DNA of 64,000 bases from Antechinus flavipes (lineage: Eukaryota). Below, piece after piece: positions 39,264 through 53,330 of the stretch (position 1 is its first letter; each line of letters begins with the position of its first letter). The notes under the pieces are model-generated. The model made no database searches. It was not told the DNA's origin and was given only the letters and a program-made list of their open reading frames with translations. The position numbers and the translations under genes were made by a program. The stretch is from NCBI RefSeq assembly GCF_016432865.1, contig NC_067401.1, forward strand, positions 147,622,001 through 147,686,000. The letters run 5' to 3'.

Positions 39264-42200
39264 CCTTTAGCTCCTGTAACCAGATAGGTTTTGAAGAACC
39301 CAGTTAATTTGAAGGAAACACAAGATATAATGCTGTAAAAGCCTGAGACTCACAAGTACAGCCAAGAGAAAATGAATTTTAGACACTTGGGAGACCTCCC
39401 CAACTTCTCTTTTAGTGTTTGCTCAGTCCATTTAATGAAATTCAATGAGCACTTATTGAGCACCACTATATGCCAAATACAACTAGAAGGGTCTGGAATT
39501 GGGAGATCTCCAGCCTCAGACACTTACTAGCTGTATGATTCTAGACAAATCAAAAAAATATATACTATTTGCCTCAATTTCCTCATGTGTAAAATGAACT
39601 AGAAAAGGAAATGGCAAGTCACTTCACTATCTTTGCTCAGAAAACTTCAAATGGGGTCACAAAGAATCAGACCCAATTGAAATGACTGTATAACAAATAC
39701 ACCAACCAGTTTGACAGAAAAAGAGAGCCAGTTTCAGAACCGGGAAAACATGGTTCAAGTTCTACCTTGCCTCTGACATGTAAAGGCTATGTGATCATGG
39801 ACAAATCATTTAACTTTTCAGTTCTGAACTCTGAAACATAAAATAACCATAATAATAGTTTACATTTATATAGTGCTTTCCCCAGTGCAAGGCACTGTAC
39901 TAAGAGTTGTATAAATTATCATCTAATTTGATCCTCACAACAACACTGAGAGACAGGTGTTACAATTATCCCCATTTTACAGATGAGGAAATTGAGGCAA
40001 ACAGAGATTAAGTGCCTTATTCAAAGTGGCACAACTAGTAAGTGTCTGAGTCTGTATTTAAATACAGGTCTTTCTGACTCTAGTCCTAGCACTCTCTCCA
40101 CTATAGGACCTCGTTCAAATAAAGTGGATAAAGAATATCAAATTGGTCACTTTGGCTGGAACACAGGCCATAGGTATGAAGGGGAATGATATGTCATTAG
40201 GTTGAGCCAGTTTATGAAAGGCTTAAAAAAGCAAAACAGAAGAATGTGTATTCGATTCTAGAGATAATAAGCTTCCTGGGGATAGAGGTGGGGACAGAAT
40301 GACAGGTCAGAACTATGTTTTAGAAACATTAGCTGTTTGGAATCTGGATTGAGAAATCCAGACAAGAGGTAAAAAGGGCTTGAGCTGGGAAGCTGGCTGT
40401 GTGAGCAGAGAAAGGGGACCCAGATAGGGGACACAGCCCACAAGATGTGGCAATTGATTGAGTCATAAGATGCTAGATTTAGGGCTCAAAAGACCTTGAA
40501 AGATCATTTAGTCTAATCCTCTCATTATATAGATTAGGAAACAAATTCAAGAGATTAAGTGACTGACTAAAAGTATCTGTCTGTCTCCCCCGCTTCCCTT
40601 GTTTCTGTCTCTTTCATACACACACACAGGGGCAGTGGTAGGATTTGAATACAGGATACAGGATGGGGAATGGGAGGTGACTGAGAAAGAATCAGTCTAG
40701 GATGGCTTCTAGAGATGTAAAACCTGGCTGACTGGAAGGATGGTTGTGCCCTTGTCATAAATATAGGAAAGTCAGGAAGTGGCTGAGGTTTTCTAAATCA
40801 CATCAAGTTCTTGGTCCTATGAGTTATTTCCAACACTCATTACCCTCATTTTTCAAACCAAGCTATCTACTGCCTCAAGCCTGGGTCACCATACCGATCC
40901 AAGGAGTAATATTTTACTATCAGAACAAGGGTTGGGACCTTCAGGCCACCCATCGCCTGTAATTGTTCTGTGTTGCAAAAACCAGCTCTCCTATTGCTCT
41001 CTCACCTTTGTCCCCTTTGTTTTGTTTCATTTTCAACAACAAGCATTTTTGGGATGCTTCTGTGTAAGAGTTCAAATTCTGGCAAAACTTAACTTCCCTG
41101 GGCCTAGAAACATTTTCCCATCTGTGAAATGAGGGAGTTGGAGATGTTCCTGGAGGAAGTTTCTCAAGATAATGATCCCAAGATAAAAGTACTCCCAATC
41201 CTTTCCTGTCTCAGAAGATCATAAGATAATAGCTGAGGGCTATTAGGTATTATTTGGCCTAATGCTCTCATTTTACAAATAAAGAAATAGAGCCTAAAAA
41301 GGCTATGTTTTTTTAAGGTTACCCAATCTAAATAACTAAGCCAACATTCAAACCCAGATCTTCTGATGCTCAAATCAGAATTCTCTCTACCCTACTGCCT
41401 CCTCTTATTTTATTAAGAAAATAATTGAGGCCATCAACCATGAGCTCTCTCCTCTTCCCTATCCATACCTCCAAATGCTTATATACATTTATTCAACCTC
41501 TCCTGTGCTCCAGTCTTCAAGGAAGAGGTTATCCTTCTCTTTGTCAGGGCTATCCCTCTCCAAGCTTGTCTTTGATTCCATCTCCTCCTGTTTCCTCTTA
41601 GATTTTTGGCCAACAATCATTCCTTTCCCCCTTCTTATCTTCAATCCCTTCCATACTGGTTCCTTTCTTGTTTCTTATATACATATACCCAAGTATCTCC
41701 TGTCCTTAAAAATCTTGCCTATCAATTGGAGAATGGCTAAACAAGCTGTAGTATATGATTGTGATGGAATATTATTGTACTATAAGAAATGACAAATACA
41801 ATGATTTTAGGGGGGGAAAAACCTGGAAAGACTTCCATAAATTGATGCAAAGTGAACAGAATCAGTAGAACATTGTACACAGAAACAGCAATATTGTACA
41901 ATGAAGAATGTGAATATTTTAGTGATTCTCAGCAATATAATGATCTAAGACAATCCCAAAGAATTGACAGAGCATACTATCTGCAGACAAAAAAACAGAT
42001 ATTGTTTGAATATAGGTTGAAACATGTTATTTTTCACTCTATCTTTCATTCTTGTTCATTTATTTGAGTCTTCTTATAGGAAATGACTAAGATGGAAATA
42101 TTTTACATGATTGCATATGATTAACCTAAAAAAAAAACCCACACAAAACAAATTTTCCTAGGATCTGCATTCTCTTCAAATGATGATTCTTTAACTTTTT

Positions 42201-44309
42201 CTTCTAACTTTTTCACTGTCAAACTCCTAGGAAGGTTTGGCTCCTAGGAAGAAGTCTCTGTCTCTACTACCACTCCACCACTTGGAGGATCTAGCTTCCT
42301 ACCCTACCATTCTCTTGAAATTGTCTTTTGCAACACTACCAGTGATTTCTCCATTGCTAAATTCATGGCCTTTTGTCAGTCTTCACCCTCCCTGATTTCC
42401 CTGAAGCTTTTGACTCTAGTGCTTAGCTAATCACTCCTCTCCTCAATTTTCTCTCCCCTTTTTGCTTCTCCAACACTATTATCTTTTAATTCTGATTTAT
42501 TCTACCTATACACTCTTATCTGTTCCTTCTTTTCAATCACAAAACTGCCACCGTTCTTCATCATCTGTGACCCAAACTATTAGAACAAAGCCATCTCTTC
42601 TTCATACAGTTAGTCCTCCATAAAATTGCTTGATATTTTAAGCCCTCCATAATCTGACTTATTTCACGTTCTTCCCTCAGTAAATCTTTTCAGATTCTCC
42701 ACTCTCTTTTTTTTATAAATAAGCTCTCCTAATACTTACTTCTGACCTAATCTCTGGAAGGAGCTCATATTTATTACAGAAGCAAACATATTAGCTTAAT
42801 TGTTATTTTTTGCCCCAAGGGGCAATTGTGAGAGAGAAAAGGTATCTCTCTTCCCCTCCCACCCCAGTGACTTGTAAGGCAAAAAGCATCAATAAAATGT
42901 ATTATTTAAAAAATTATCACTTATCTACTTACTTGCTTAGACATTGTGAGAATCTAAATTCTACCCTCAGAGTTGTGAATTAGTCTAATCATTCTAGAAA
43001 ACAATTTGGAATTAAGTTTAACCAAAAAAAAAAAATGCTCTTTGATTCATAAATACTATTACTAGTCATATACCACAAGAGACCAGACAGAAAGATCCCA
43101 CATATTGCAAAACATATATAGTGAAATTTTTTGTAGTTGCAATGAACTGGAAACAAAGTAGTCACCAATCAATTGGAAATCGCTAAACAAATTGTACTAC
43201 ATAATGGTAATAAAATATTATTGCTTTGTAAGACATTATGAATTTAGAGAAATGAGAAAACTTTATATGAATTGATGTAAGATTCATTAAACAAAACCAG
43301 AAAACGAAAAACCCAGTGATAACAAAGTAAATGGAAAAAAGAACAAAAATCCCAGACTAAATGATGTCTAATTATAACGAACAAATTTGTCCCCAAAGAA
43401 GAGATGAGAAAATTCACCTCCTTCTGGGAATGTGCTGCCAGCTCCAACCATGAGCCAATTTATACTTTGGAAACTGACCAACACTATAAATATGGACTTG
43501 ATTTATATTCTGTTGATTGTCTAGTGATGAAAAGTGTTGGGGGAAATATAAGTAATTTACATTAAGCTTTGAAAAAATTTTGTATATAAATTTATTGTGT
43601 ATAAATATAAAATGCTTTCCTTCCTTCCCTCCTTTGCAAAGATGCTGAGTGAAATGAGCAGAACCAGGAAATCATTGTACATAGCAACAAGATTATATGA
43701 TGATTAATTCTGATGGACAAGGCTCTTTTCAACAATGAGGGGATACAGACCAGTTCCAATAATCTTGTGAGGAAGAGAGCTATCTACACCCAGAGAGAGG
43801 ACTGTGGGAACTGAGTGTGGATCGCAATACAATGTTTTCGTTCTTTTTGTTGTGGTTTGCTTGAATTTTACTTTCTTTCTCTCTCTCTCTCTTTTTTTTT
43901 TTTAACTTTTTGATCTGATCTGATTGTGCAACAAGATAATTGTATAAATATATTGGATTTAACATATATTTTGCCATGTTTAACACATATTGGATTACAT
44001 GTCATCTAGGGGAGTGGATGGGGGGAAGGGTGAAAAATTGGAACAGAAGGTTTTTCAATGGACAATGTTGGAAAAATTATCCTTGCATATGTTTTGAAAA
44101 TAAAAAACTTCAATAAACAAGTAAAAAAATAAAAAAAAAAGAATTTCCACCCTACCCAAAAAAACACAAACAAAATTAAGCTCCTAAAAGGCATAGTATC
44201 CCTAGGGATCAACATAATAATAGGTGACATTTAAATGGTTGGTTGTAATAGCACATTCTTGATGAAGGCCAAAAGGACATACTATGTTAAGGTCAAGTTA
44301 GCTAGAAAT

Positions 44310-44650
44310 GCCCTGTCACAAGTCAGATAAGATTCTGAAGATCACCTGGTAGGATAAGATAGCAGATGCTGAGGTCCTTTTTTGTACTAAACTGCCAAGC
44401 ATTCTCACTCCACTGCAGAGCACAGTTCCCGTGAGCTGGCCACATTGGTCAAATGCAAATTGTACACTTGACAAAAAGATTCTTAGGGAGAACTCACACA
44501 ATGCATGAGAAGGTCAGAAAGAATGATACAGGGACACTTTCAAGAGTTAGAATTGATTGTATGATATGGGAGATACTGGCACAGGACCTCCCAGCATGAC
44601 GTGCCCTCATCAGAGAGGATGCTGTGTTCTGTAAGCAAAGCAGAAGTGAA
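44310..44650 (+). mobile_element. RTE-clade LINE 3' ORF fragment
   Basis: Degenerate match to the RTE C-terminal QLRWAGH...YGELTQG...QKKRYKDTLK...WETLAQD...WRALI region (GCTGGCCACATTGGTCAAATG; ATGGGAGATACTGGCACAGGACC). Confidence 0.75.
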
Positions 44651-47050
44651 TTAGTTCAGAAAAAAAAAAAACAAAATTCCCAAAGTTAGAGAATCCACCC
44701 ATTTAAATAATGTTTTAAGATTGGCAAAATGCTTTGTATATGCTAGTTATACCTTCTTCCATGTCCCTCCTGTGATCTGAAAAAAATTTCATAAACTTTT
44801 TTGGCCCTATCTTTGTACTAAAGTCTGCTTTTTTTTCCCCCTTTCTCTTTAATGGAGTGTTTACAGTATCTTATTGCAAAACTTGGGTTATTTGGTCACT
44901 GTCTACATTATACAATGCTATACATTGTATTTTATGCATTTCTGAGTTTCGAAACTACCCTTCATGTGTTGTCTATGGCTTCTGCAAAACTCTCAAAAAA
45001 TTCCCACTTAATTTCTTAGGCTGACCAAGATTTATCTAAACTTCATTATGTGGAAGGGATAATTGTAACTCATTTGTCCTTATAACTTCTATTTGCTATT
45101 ATTATCACAGGTATTCAAACACTGATCTTCCTTGCTCTGCATTGCAGTGATTACTTTGCCACTAAACTTACTACTGGTACTCAGATAATTAAAAACAAAG
45201 GAATTGGGGGAAAAGAATCACTAAAAATATAGTGGGCCCACAAAGCAAGTAACACTGTATATTATGTCAGATTTGTTTCCAATGTATTGATTGGTTTTGC
45301 TGATTTTTTTTTTCCTATTTTCTTTTTTTAAATGTTTTTATTACAAGGGTCGGTTCTCTGAGAAGAGAACGGGAATAGATAGATGGAAAAATCCAAGCAA
45401 TATAAAAACAAAAGGTAATAATAAAAATCACTTTAAGAAAGGTTTTTAAGTGCCTGTAGAATTTCCAAGGATAAACTGTATTCACTTTTTTTTTTTTAAT
45501 GGAAAGGAGTGGGGAGTCAAGGAAGGCTTCACAAAAAAAGTATCAGAAACAGATCTGGGGAGAATATAACTGACTCTATTCTGTGCTATATCTGTTATTT
45601 TAACAGATTTAAAATCTGTGTGACACTTTTTTTTCTGTGTGACACTGAATGTACTGAATTAACTACTCCCTTCCCCCATTCACTTTACAATTACCAAAAA
45701 AAAAAAAAAAAAAAAAAATTCATAGTACTTTGAATAGTTCCAGGAACTCACCCATCTTTTTTTATCTTATTTAATAAAGTGCTTAGGAGAAGCTAGTTAA
45801 CTAATTGATTAATAAAAGAAATATTGCTCTCTTTGGTCCAGTATAAATAACTATGCTAAAGATCTCACTAACAGTTCAAACACCTTTTGTCTTTTCTAAA
45901 AATGCACTTTTTTACTGTCTTCCAAAATTGCTTTGTGAATCTGCCTCCTTGACCTGTCATCAACTCATCCCTGGTGCAAATGGCATGGCCATGAGCTTGT
46001 CAGTTAACCTGTAAAGCTCCATTGCCTTAGTGATTGCCATTTTATAAAATGGGGGTTTTGAAATGCAATGTCATAGTGGCTGGCTTCAAGTCAAGCTTCT
46101 GAAATATTTGAGCATAGAACTTCTCAGTGCTTTTTAAAATTTCTTTCATAAATTCTTTGTTAAAAGGAATTGCTCATTTGGAACTATGCCCAAAGGGTTA
46201 TAAAACTGTGCATATGCTTTGATCCAGCAATGCCTCTACTGAGCCTGTATCCCAGGGAGATCATAAAAGAAGAAAAAGATCCTACATTTGCAAAAATGTA
46301 GCAGCTCTTTTTTGTGGTGGCAAAGAATTGAAAAATGAGCCCATTAATTGGGGAATGGCTGAAAAAGTTGTGGTATATGAAAATAATAGAATATTATTGT
46401 TCTATAAAAAATTATGAACAAGCTGACTATAGAAAGGCCTGGAAAGATTTACATGAACTGATGCTGAATAAAACAACCAGAATCAAGAATACATTGTACA
46501 CAGTAACAGCAATGATCAGCTATGACAGACCTGGTTCTTCTCAGCTGTTCAGTGATCCAAAGCTATCCCAATAAACTTTGGATGGAAAATACTATCTGCA
46601 TCCTGAGAGAGAACTATGGAGAGTCAGTGTTAATCAACATTTACTTTTTTCCCCTTCTGTTTTTATTTTTCTCTCTCTTGTGGTTTCCCCTTTTTTTCTG
46701 ATTTTTCCCTCAACATGATTCATAATGAAAATTGCAAAATAAATAAATAAATGTGCATGCATGCTTCCCCTTCCCCCCCAAAAAAGGAACTGTTCCTAGG
46801 TAAGGAGAGGAATATACTAGGAGACAAAGGTGATATAAAATAAAATAAAATAAAGTTTTTTTTTTAAAGGTCATATGAAGAATTCAGAAAAACATAAGAA
46901 TTGTGAATTAATGCAGAATGAAATAATTATCAACACAATAACTATTAACTATAACTATCAACACAAGGACCAAAAAAACAAAATAAAACTGAACTGCTAA
47001 GTAATTTAAAAAACTAGTAATGAACCCCAGAAACAGATTATGAAATAAAT

Positions 47051-47524
47051 TGTGAAACTGAGGCAGTTAATGATTTTTGCTAATTACAATGATTTACCCA
47101 AGCTCCCCTACTATCCAGAGGAGGCCAAACTGCCTTAGGAATATGAAGCAAGAGACAAACTGAGCATTCCTTAAGCAGGACACAACAGCAACACAAGTAC
47201 AGAACTTGCAGTGTTCACTTGCTGAATCTGGAACTCCCCCTTCTTTGCCACAAAACCATGCAGACTCCCGTCCCAGTGACCACGCCTGAGAGGGCCATGA
47301 TACCCTTTGGAAAACAAGGGTAGCCCAGGGATAACCTGATAAGACCACCAGGCAACTACCCCGACTCCCTGATTTGTGATTTTTGACTTTATAACCCCTG
47401 CTGCCTATGCCCACCCCAAGCTCAGTTCTAACTGTGCTCCCATGCATACATGTCTACCTTCTTAGGAGGAATAAACTCCTGGACACAATCTAACTCTGTC
47501 TTTCCTAGGCCCAACTCTGAAACA
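47051..47524 (+). mobile_element. Solo LTR-like element
   Basis: TGT...ACA ends, TATAA 47390-47394 and AATAAA 47470-47475 in LTR order. No clear TSD, and the left boundary is uncertain. Confidence 0.5.
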
Positions 47525-50254
47525 GGCTGATAAAAATCCACTTCCCTATTTTTTTGAGGTGGGGATTTACTAGGACAGAGAGACTTCCTTTAAAATCCCA
47601 ACTAAAATCTCACTTCCTACAGGAAGCCTTCCCTAAACCCTCCTAATTCCAGTGCCTTCTCTTTGTTAATTATTTCCTATTTATCAGGAAATATTTTGGA
47701 TAGATTTTTTGGCAGGCTGTTTCCCCATTGTACTGTAAGCTCCAGAGGGCAGGATGATCTGAATCTTTCTCAGATGTTACCAGAGGGCCATGTTTAATAA
47801 TGAGCCACTCAGTTAAGAAAACATACATTTCCCTTTTTCAGGCCGCTATTATTGAAATCACCTCTAATACTAAATATGAGAAGTAGAATAAAGAGAATGT
47901 TGTTTTGGAAGACCATAAAGCCATTGATTTGGCTAGTTAACCTTAGAAAAGAGGGCTAAATCACTGGTCAAGGTAATTATAAAAAATCAAGGTAGAAATA
48001 TATTTTTTAAAAAGCTTTTGTTCTATACTGAGCAGGTAGGAAAATATAATTGTAACATGTCTTTCAGAAAGGCATTCTTATCAACACAGGAAGACTGCAT
48101 AGTGTGTATTGTTTTAGACAATAGTTGTGGTAAACTAAATTTTTATAGATTGAATCAACAAAGGGCAAAGTGAAGAGCCCTATAATGAAAATAACCATGC
48201 CCTGACTGGTTATTTTTTAAGTGTAAGAATCAGATATCTATCATAGGCAGGAAGAGAAGTTTAATGAAAAAAAAAATCCTAAATTAATTTCCCATTGTTC
48301 CTTGTCAAGGTCAGAAAGTGGGCATTGTAAAGAGAAATAGGTTGTTGTTGAGTCATTTTGTAGTGTCCAACTCTTCCCGGCCCCATTTGGGGTTTTCTTG
48401 GCAAAGACACTAGGGTGGTTTGTCATTTTCATCTCCAGCACATTTTACAGATGAGGAAACTGAGGCAAACATTCTGGATTCTGGACCAACATGCTATCCA
48501 CTAGGAAACAGGATTATTATATTCTTATGACAATTAGCTGACACAACCTTTGATCCAGTCATTAGAAACGCCCAGGAGAGTAAACAACTCACTTTTTTAA
48601 TCTTCTTAACAGTACCCAGGCCAAATTCACATTACTAAAAATAAAGAGCATTTTCAAGATTGCACAATTGCAAAATGTCATCATCCAGCTTGTGCAGATG
48701 CCAACCAAAATAAAAGGGATATATGAGAGAGGGCAAAGGCTACTGCCCTAAGGAAGAAATGTAACATGCATTCTACTCTGACTTCTTATACAGCACTTTA
48801 ACAATAAAATAATCATGATGATAACTGATATTTACCTAGGGACAAAGACTGGGCTTGTGTTTTATTCCAGAAGTAGAAGGTAATTCTCTTCCAATGCAAG
48901 TCAGTGCTTCTCTGAAATGTATAATCTTAGTTACCCAAAACATTGAGAGATCATGGGAAGTGTGTATTAGAAAGGGCCCTGAACCCAGGTTTTCCTGATT
49001 CTAGAGGAAACCAGCTCTCTCTCCACTTTGTCAAGATGCCATTCAAGGGTATTAACACAGGTCTTTGAAATCTGTCAAACAACATGTGCTATCTTTGAAA
49101 ACCCAGTAAATCCTCACTCTTTTTAAAAAGTTCAGTTCCATAGATGTTTTAATAAAAGACAATTATGTTTACTTGTAGGCCCTACTTATCTAGTTATTCC
49201 TTTGTTCGGTCATTCAACAGGTATTTATTAATTGCCTACATTGTGCAAAGCACTGAGCCCAGTGCTAAGGTAGAAAATTCTGTAAAGTTCTATCATACTT
49301 ACCCAATCAGAGTTTAGAATCCAGGAAGGGGACAATTATCAGTCATCATCATAACTGACATTTACATAGTGCTTTAAAAGTTTGTAAAGCACTTTCCATC
49401 ATATTTTATCACCTTTATAACAGCTCTGTAATATAAGTCCTAAAGACATATAAAATCTTAAAGATTTGATTTCATTAGCATAGGGAATTCCAGTCGAAGG
49501 AACTCCCTCTTCAATACAGATCAGCAGCTCAGTAATTTAACATTTTAGAGAGTTTCCAGGAGTGGTATCGTACTGTAGTTCATCCTTTATTTGGAAGAGG
49601 ACCAATGACATCACAGTGTTACCATGAATACTGAGAGGTCATGGGATTAAAATTCTAGTATGTTTCAGAAGCCTAACTTGAAGCCAGATCTTCCCACTTC
49701 CAAGGCCTGACACCATGACAATGCATTTCAAAATCCCCATTTTATACATAAGGAAATTGAGATTCAGAAGTTAACTGACAAAACCATAGTTCCTATAAGT
49801 ACTAATCTTACAGGTACTATAAGGACGCTTAGGCTATATTTTATAGAGAAGGAAACTAAGTTTCAAGGTAGTTAAGTGATTTACTTATATTCACACTAGT
49901 AAAGTCGGAGACACACTCAAATTTAACTTGAACTCTAGTATGTTTACTACTATATAATTTAAGTAGAACTCATTTGTTATGTCTTTTATAATTTATAATG
50001 TCATCTTTCTTGTTTTGAAATAGTTTCCAACATCTCCTCATTAGCACAGCATCCTTATTATAATATCCATGGACTGTTTTTTTTTTTCTATCATCAATCT
50101 TTCTATATTTGTAGCAACTGATACTGTTCACTCTATGTCTCTGTCTCTCTCTGTATCTGTCTCTTTTTCTCCCCCTCTGTAATCTTCTTTGTTGAAGCTC
50201 TCCTGTCTTAGCTTCCATAAACCTGCACTTTCCTCCTACTCTGAGAGAACAAGA

Positions 50255-51135
50255 TTTTAATTTTTTTCCTAATTACATATAAAAAAGTTTATAACCTCCA
50301 TTAAAATTTTTTTGACCCCCAAATTCTTTCCTCTTCCCTTTCCCTTCCCCCTTCCTTAGATGGCAAGCAATTTGATATATTATACCTGTGCAACCATTTA
50401 AAACATATTCCCATATTAGTCCTGTTGTAAAAGAAAACATGGACAAAAAAAATGGAAAAAAAAATAGTGAAAAATAATTTGCTTTAATCTGCATCCTGAC
50501 TCCATCAATTTTTAATCTGAAAATAGATGGCATTTTTCCCCCTGAGGCAATAAGGGTTAAGTGATTTGCCCAGGATTACACAGCTAGGAAGTGTTAAGTG
50601 TCTGAGATCACATTTGAACTCAGGTCTTCCTGACTTCAGGGCTGGTGCTCTATTCACTGCACCACCTAGCTGCCCTGTAGACAGCATTTTTCATCATAAA
50701 TCCTTCAAAATTGTCTTGGATCTTTGTATTACTGACAATAGCAAAGATTTTCAGTTGATCAACAGTGTCAGTGTTACTATGTACAATGTTCTCTTGGTTC
50801 TGCTAATATCACTCTGCATCAATTCATATAAGTCTTTCCAGATTCTTCTGCTCATTTCTCTAATCAATACAGATCTAGAATATTTTTTTCATGACTATCG
50901 ATAGCTTTGATTTCTTCATCTGCCTATTTGTATCCTTTGACCATTTATCAATTGGGGAACAACTTGTATTCTTATAAATTTGATTCAATTCTCTATATAT
51001 TTGAGAAATGAGGTTTTTATTAGAAAAACTTGTAAAAATTATTGTCCAGCTTTCTGCTTTTCTTTCTAATCTTAAATGCATTGGTTTTGTTTGTGCAAAA
51101 CCATTTTTAATTTAATGTAAGCAAAATTATACATC
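50255..51135 (-). mobile_element. L1 3' fragment with a nested CORE-SINE (50540-50678)
   Basis: L1 3'UTR and ORF2 antisense. The SINE is flanked by TAGATGGCATTTT / TAGACAGCATTTT, a degenerate TSD. Confidence 0.8.
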
Positions 51136-52489
51136 TTTTAGACATGGCTCTATTCAACAATGAGATGATTCAGGCCAACTTCAATAGACTTGTGATGGAG
51201 AGAACCATCTGCATCCAGAAAGAGGGCTGTTGGGACTGTATGTAGATAACAACATAGTTTTTTCAAAACTTGCTTGCTTGCTTTGTTTTCTCATTTTTTG
51301 CTTTTTTGATATGATTTTATGATCCACATTCAGGCTCCACAATTCTCTCTCTGGGTGTGAATGGCATTTTCCATCACAAGTCTATTGGAATTGACCTGAA
51401 TCAACTCATTGTTGAAAAGAATCATATCCATCAAATTGATCATGGTATAATGTTGCTATTAATGTGTACAATGATCTTGTGGTTCTACTCACTTCATTTA
51501 GCATCAGTTCATGTAAGTCTCTTCAGGCCTCTCTAAAATCATCCTGCTGATCTTTTCTTATAGAATAAGAACTTATTCAGCCATTTCCCAACTGATGGGC
51601 ATCCATTCAGTTTCCAGTTCCTTATCACTACTGCTACAAATGTTTTTGCACATGTAGTTCCCTTTCCTTCTTTTATGACTTCTTTGGGGGAAAGTATACA
51701 TTTATTTAATTATGCTATATAAGATCCTCTAGAATCTGGCTAAAACCTAGTTTTTCTGTCATTTTTTTCATCTATTTCCATTCATGTACTGTGTACACTA
51801 CAGCTAGACTACTTTATTGTCTTTTTTTTTTTTTTAAGGTTGATTGATTTGTATTTCAACATTTCTCCTCCAGATTGAAACCTTCCTTATAACAAAGAAA
51901 AATAAGCAAAAACACACTGTATTTTTATTTTGATAAATCTTTCCCAATTACATTTTAACCTGATCCCTTCAACACAGTCGAAGTCTGTGTTTGGCACTTG
52001 GATTAGGAGTTGTCAATTCACCTCATTTTAGAGGTGTGAAAGTTTAGAACAGGGAAAACTTAAGTGATTTGCAGCACTGAGACTTGAACCATGACACATT
52101 TCAAATTAAGTATTTTTCTATTGAACCAGTGTCCCTTCCAGCTCTAAATCCCTTTTAACTTCCTCCTCCATGTCTTCGCACTGAGATATGTATCAGTCGG
52201 ACACTAAAACGTCATATCACAGTCTAAGGAGGTAGACGAGACACAAACCCCGATGCAAATACATTATCCGTGCCCTTCCCTCGTGCCGCTTGGAGAGGGG
52301 GGAGATTGTGGAGTCTGCAAAGGCTTCTAGCAGAACATGTTACTAGGTCTGAGTCAAATAGGAATCGAATAGCTCGAAGTGAGAATTCATAATTTGGGGG
52401 GCTCAGGAAATGCACAGCACCACTTATTTTTTAAACAAATGGCTCCCAGGCCAAAATTTCTTCCTCATTGCAAGAGCAGGTACCAAAGT

Positions 52490-53330
52490 TCCCCAGGATT
52501 GCGCCGCAAAGTCCCAACGCCTCTTGCAGCAGGGGAAGGTCAGCTTCTCCCCGACTTCCGGCCACGCCTTGTTCCTCGGACTTCCGGGTGCGGGGCGGGG
52601 GAGTGAGGCTCCATAGCACAGGCGCGGAGTTTCTCACTCCCCCCTTGTCCCTCTCCCACCCGCCTCCGATCCTCTCACCCACCTGGACCAAGGTTCCCAC
52701 AGTCGTAGCTTCCGCGGTGGGAGTAGATGTGTGGGGGGGGAAGAAAAGAATTATTCCCACGTGAACGCGAGCACATCACGTGATGGGAGCAAAGCCATTC
52801 CTGGAGAGAGGCGGAAGGCAGAAGGAGGGAGGCAGGATGACGCTATGCCGTACGTCCGGGCCTGCGTGGCGGAGGCAAGATGGGAGGCTCTCTTTGCCTC
52901 AAGTCCCGCCCACAGTCCGGTTTTCATCCCTCGGGTGAACGAGTGGTAGCTCAGCCTCCTCCTCCTAGCTCGGGACTGGCGAAGCTCGGCTCTCGCTAGA
53001 TTAAGGCCCTCCAGTCCCGGGAGTGCAGGGCCGCAGTCACGTGCCAGGGGGCGAGGGCAGACGGGGCGGTGCTGCATGTGGAAGGGCTGGCCCTGGTCCG
53101 GGCCCGAGACTACAGAACCTTGCGAGGGAGTGAACGGGCTGTCTGAGTTGTGGACGTCTGATCGCCATCACCTTCTGCCCCATCACTACCCTTACCATGA
53201 ACCCAGATTTGCGCAGGGAGCGGGACGCTGCTAGCTTCGACGCAGAGAAACTTACTTATATCCTGGATGGAGGCCCCGAGAGGACCCGGCGTCGCCGGGA
53301 GATCGGTGAGAGCGGCGGGGCGGGACCCTT
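52490..53330. promoter_or_regulatory. CpG-island bidirectional promoter of TEN1 and ACOX1
   Basis: CpG-dense island in AT-rich surroundings. ETS site ACTTCCGG 52580-52587; E-boxes at 52758, 52775 (ATCACGTGAT) and 53036 (GTCACGTG); GC box near 52904. The head-to-head arrangement is known in human. Confidence 0.85.
52683..52850 (-). other. TEN1: Probable non-coding first exon of TEN1 (donor CAG|GTGGGT at 52683/52682; the 5' end is a guess)
   Basis: Best minus-strand donor inside the CpG island. The first coding exon has an acceptor at 39274, so an upstream exon must exist. Confidence 0.45.

Noticed and set aside
52525-52545. Proximal PPRE at AGGGGAAGGTCA
   Set aside because: Spacing is DR0 and the DR1 reading has a poor 5' half-site.
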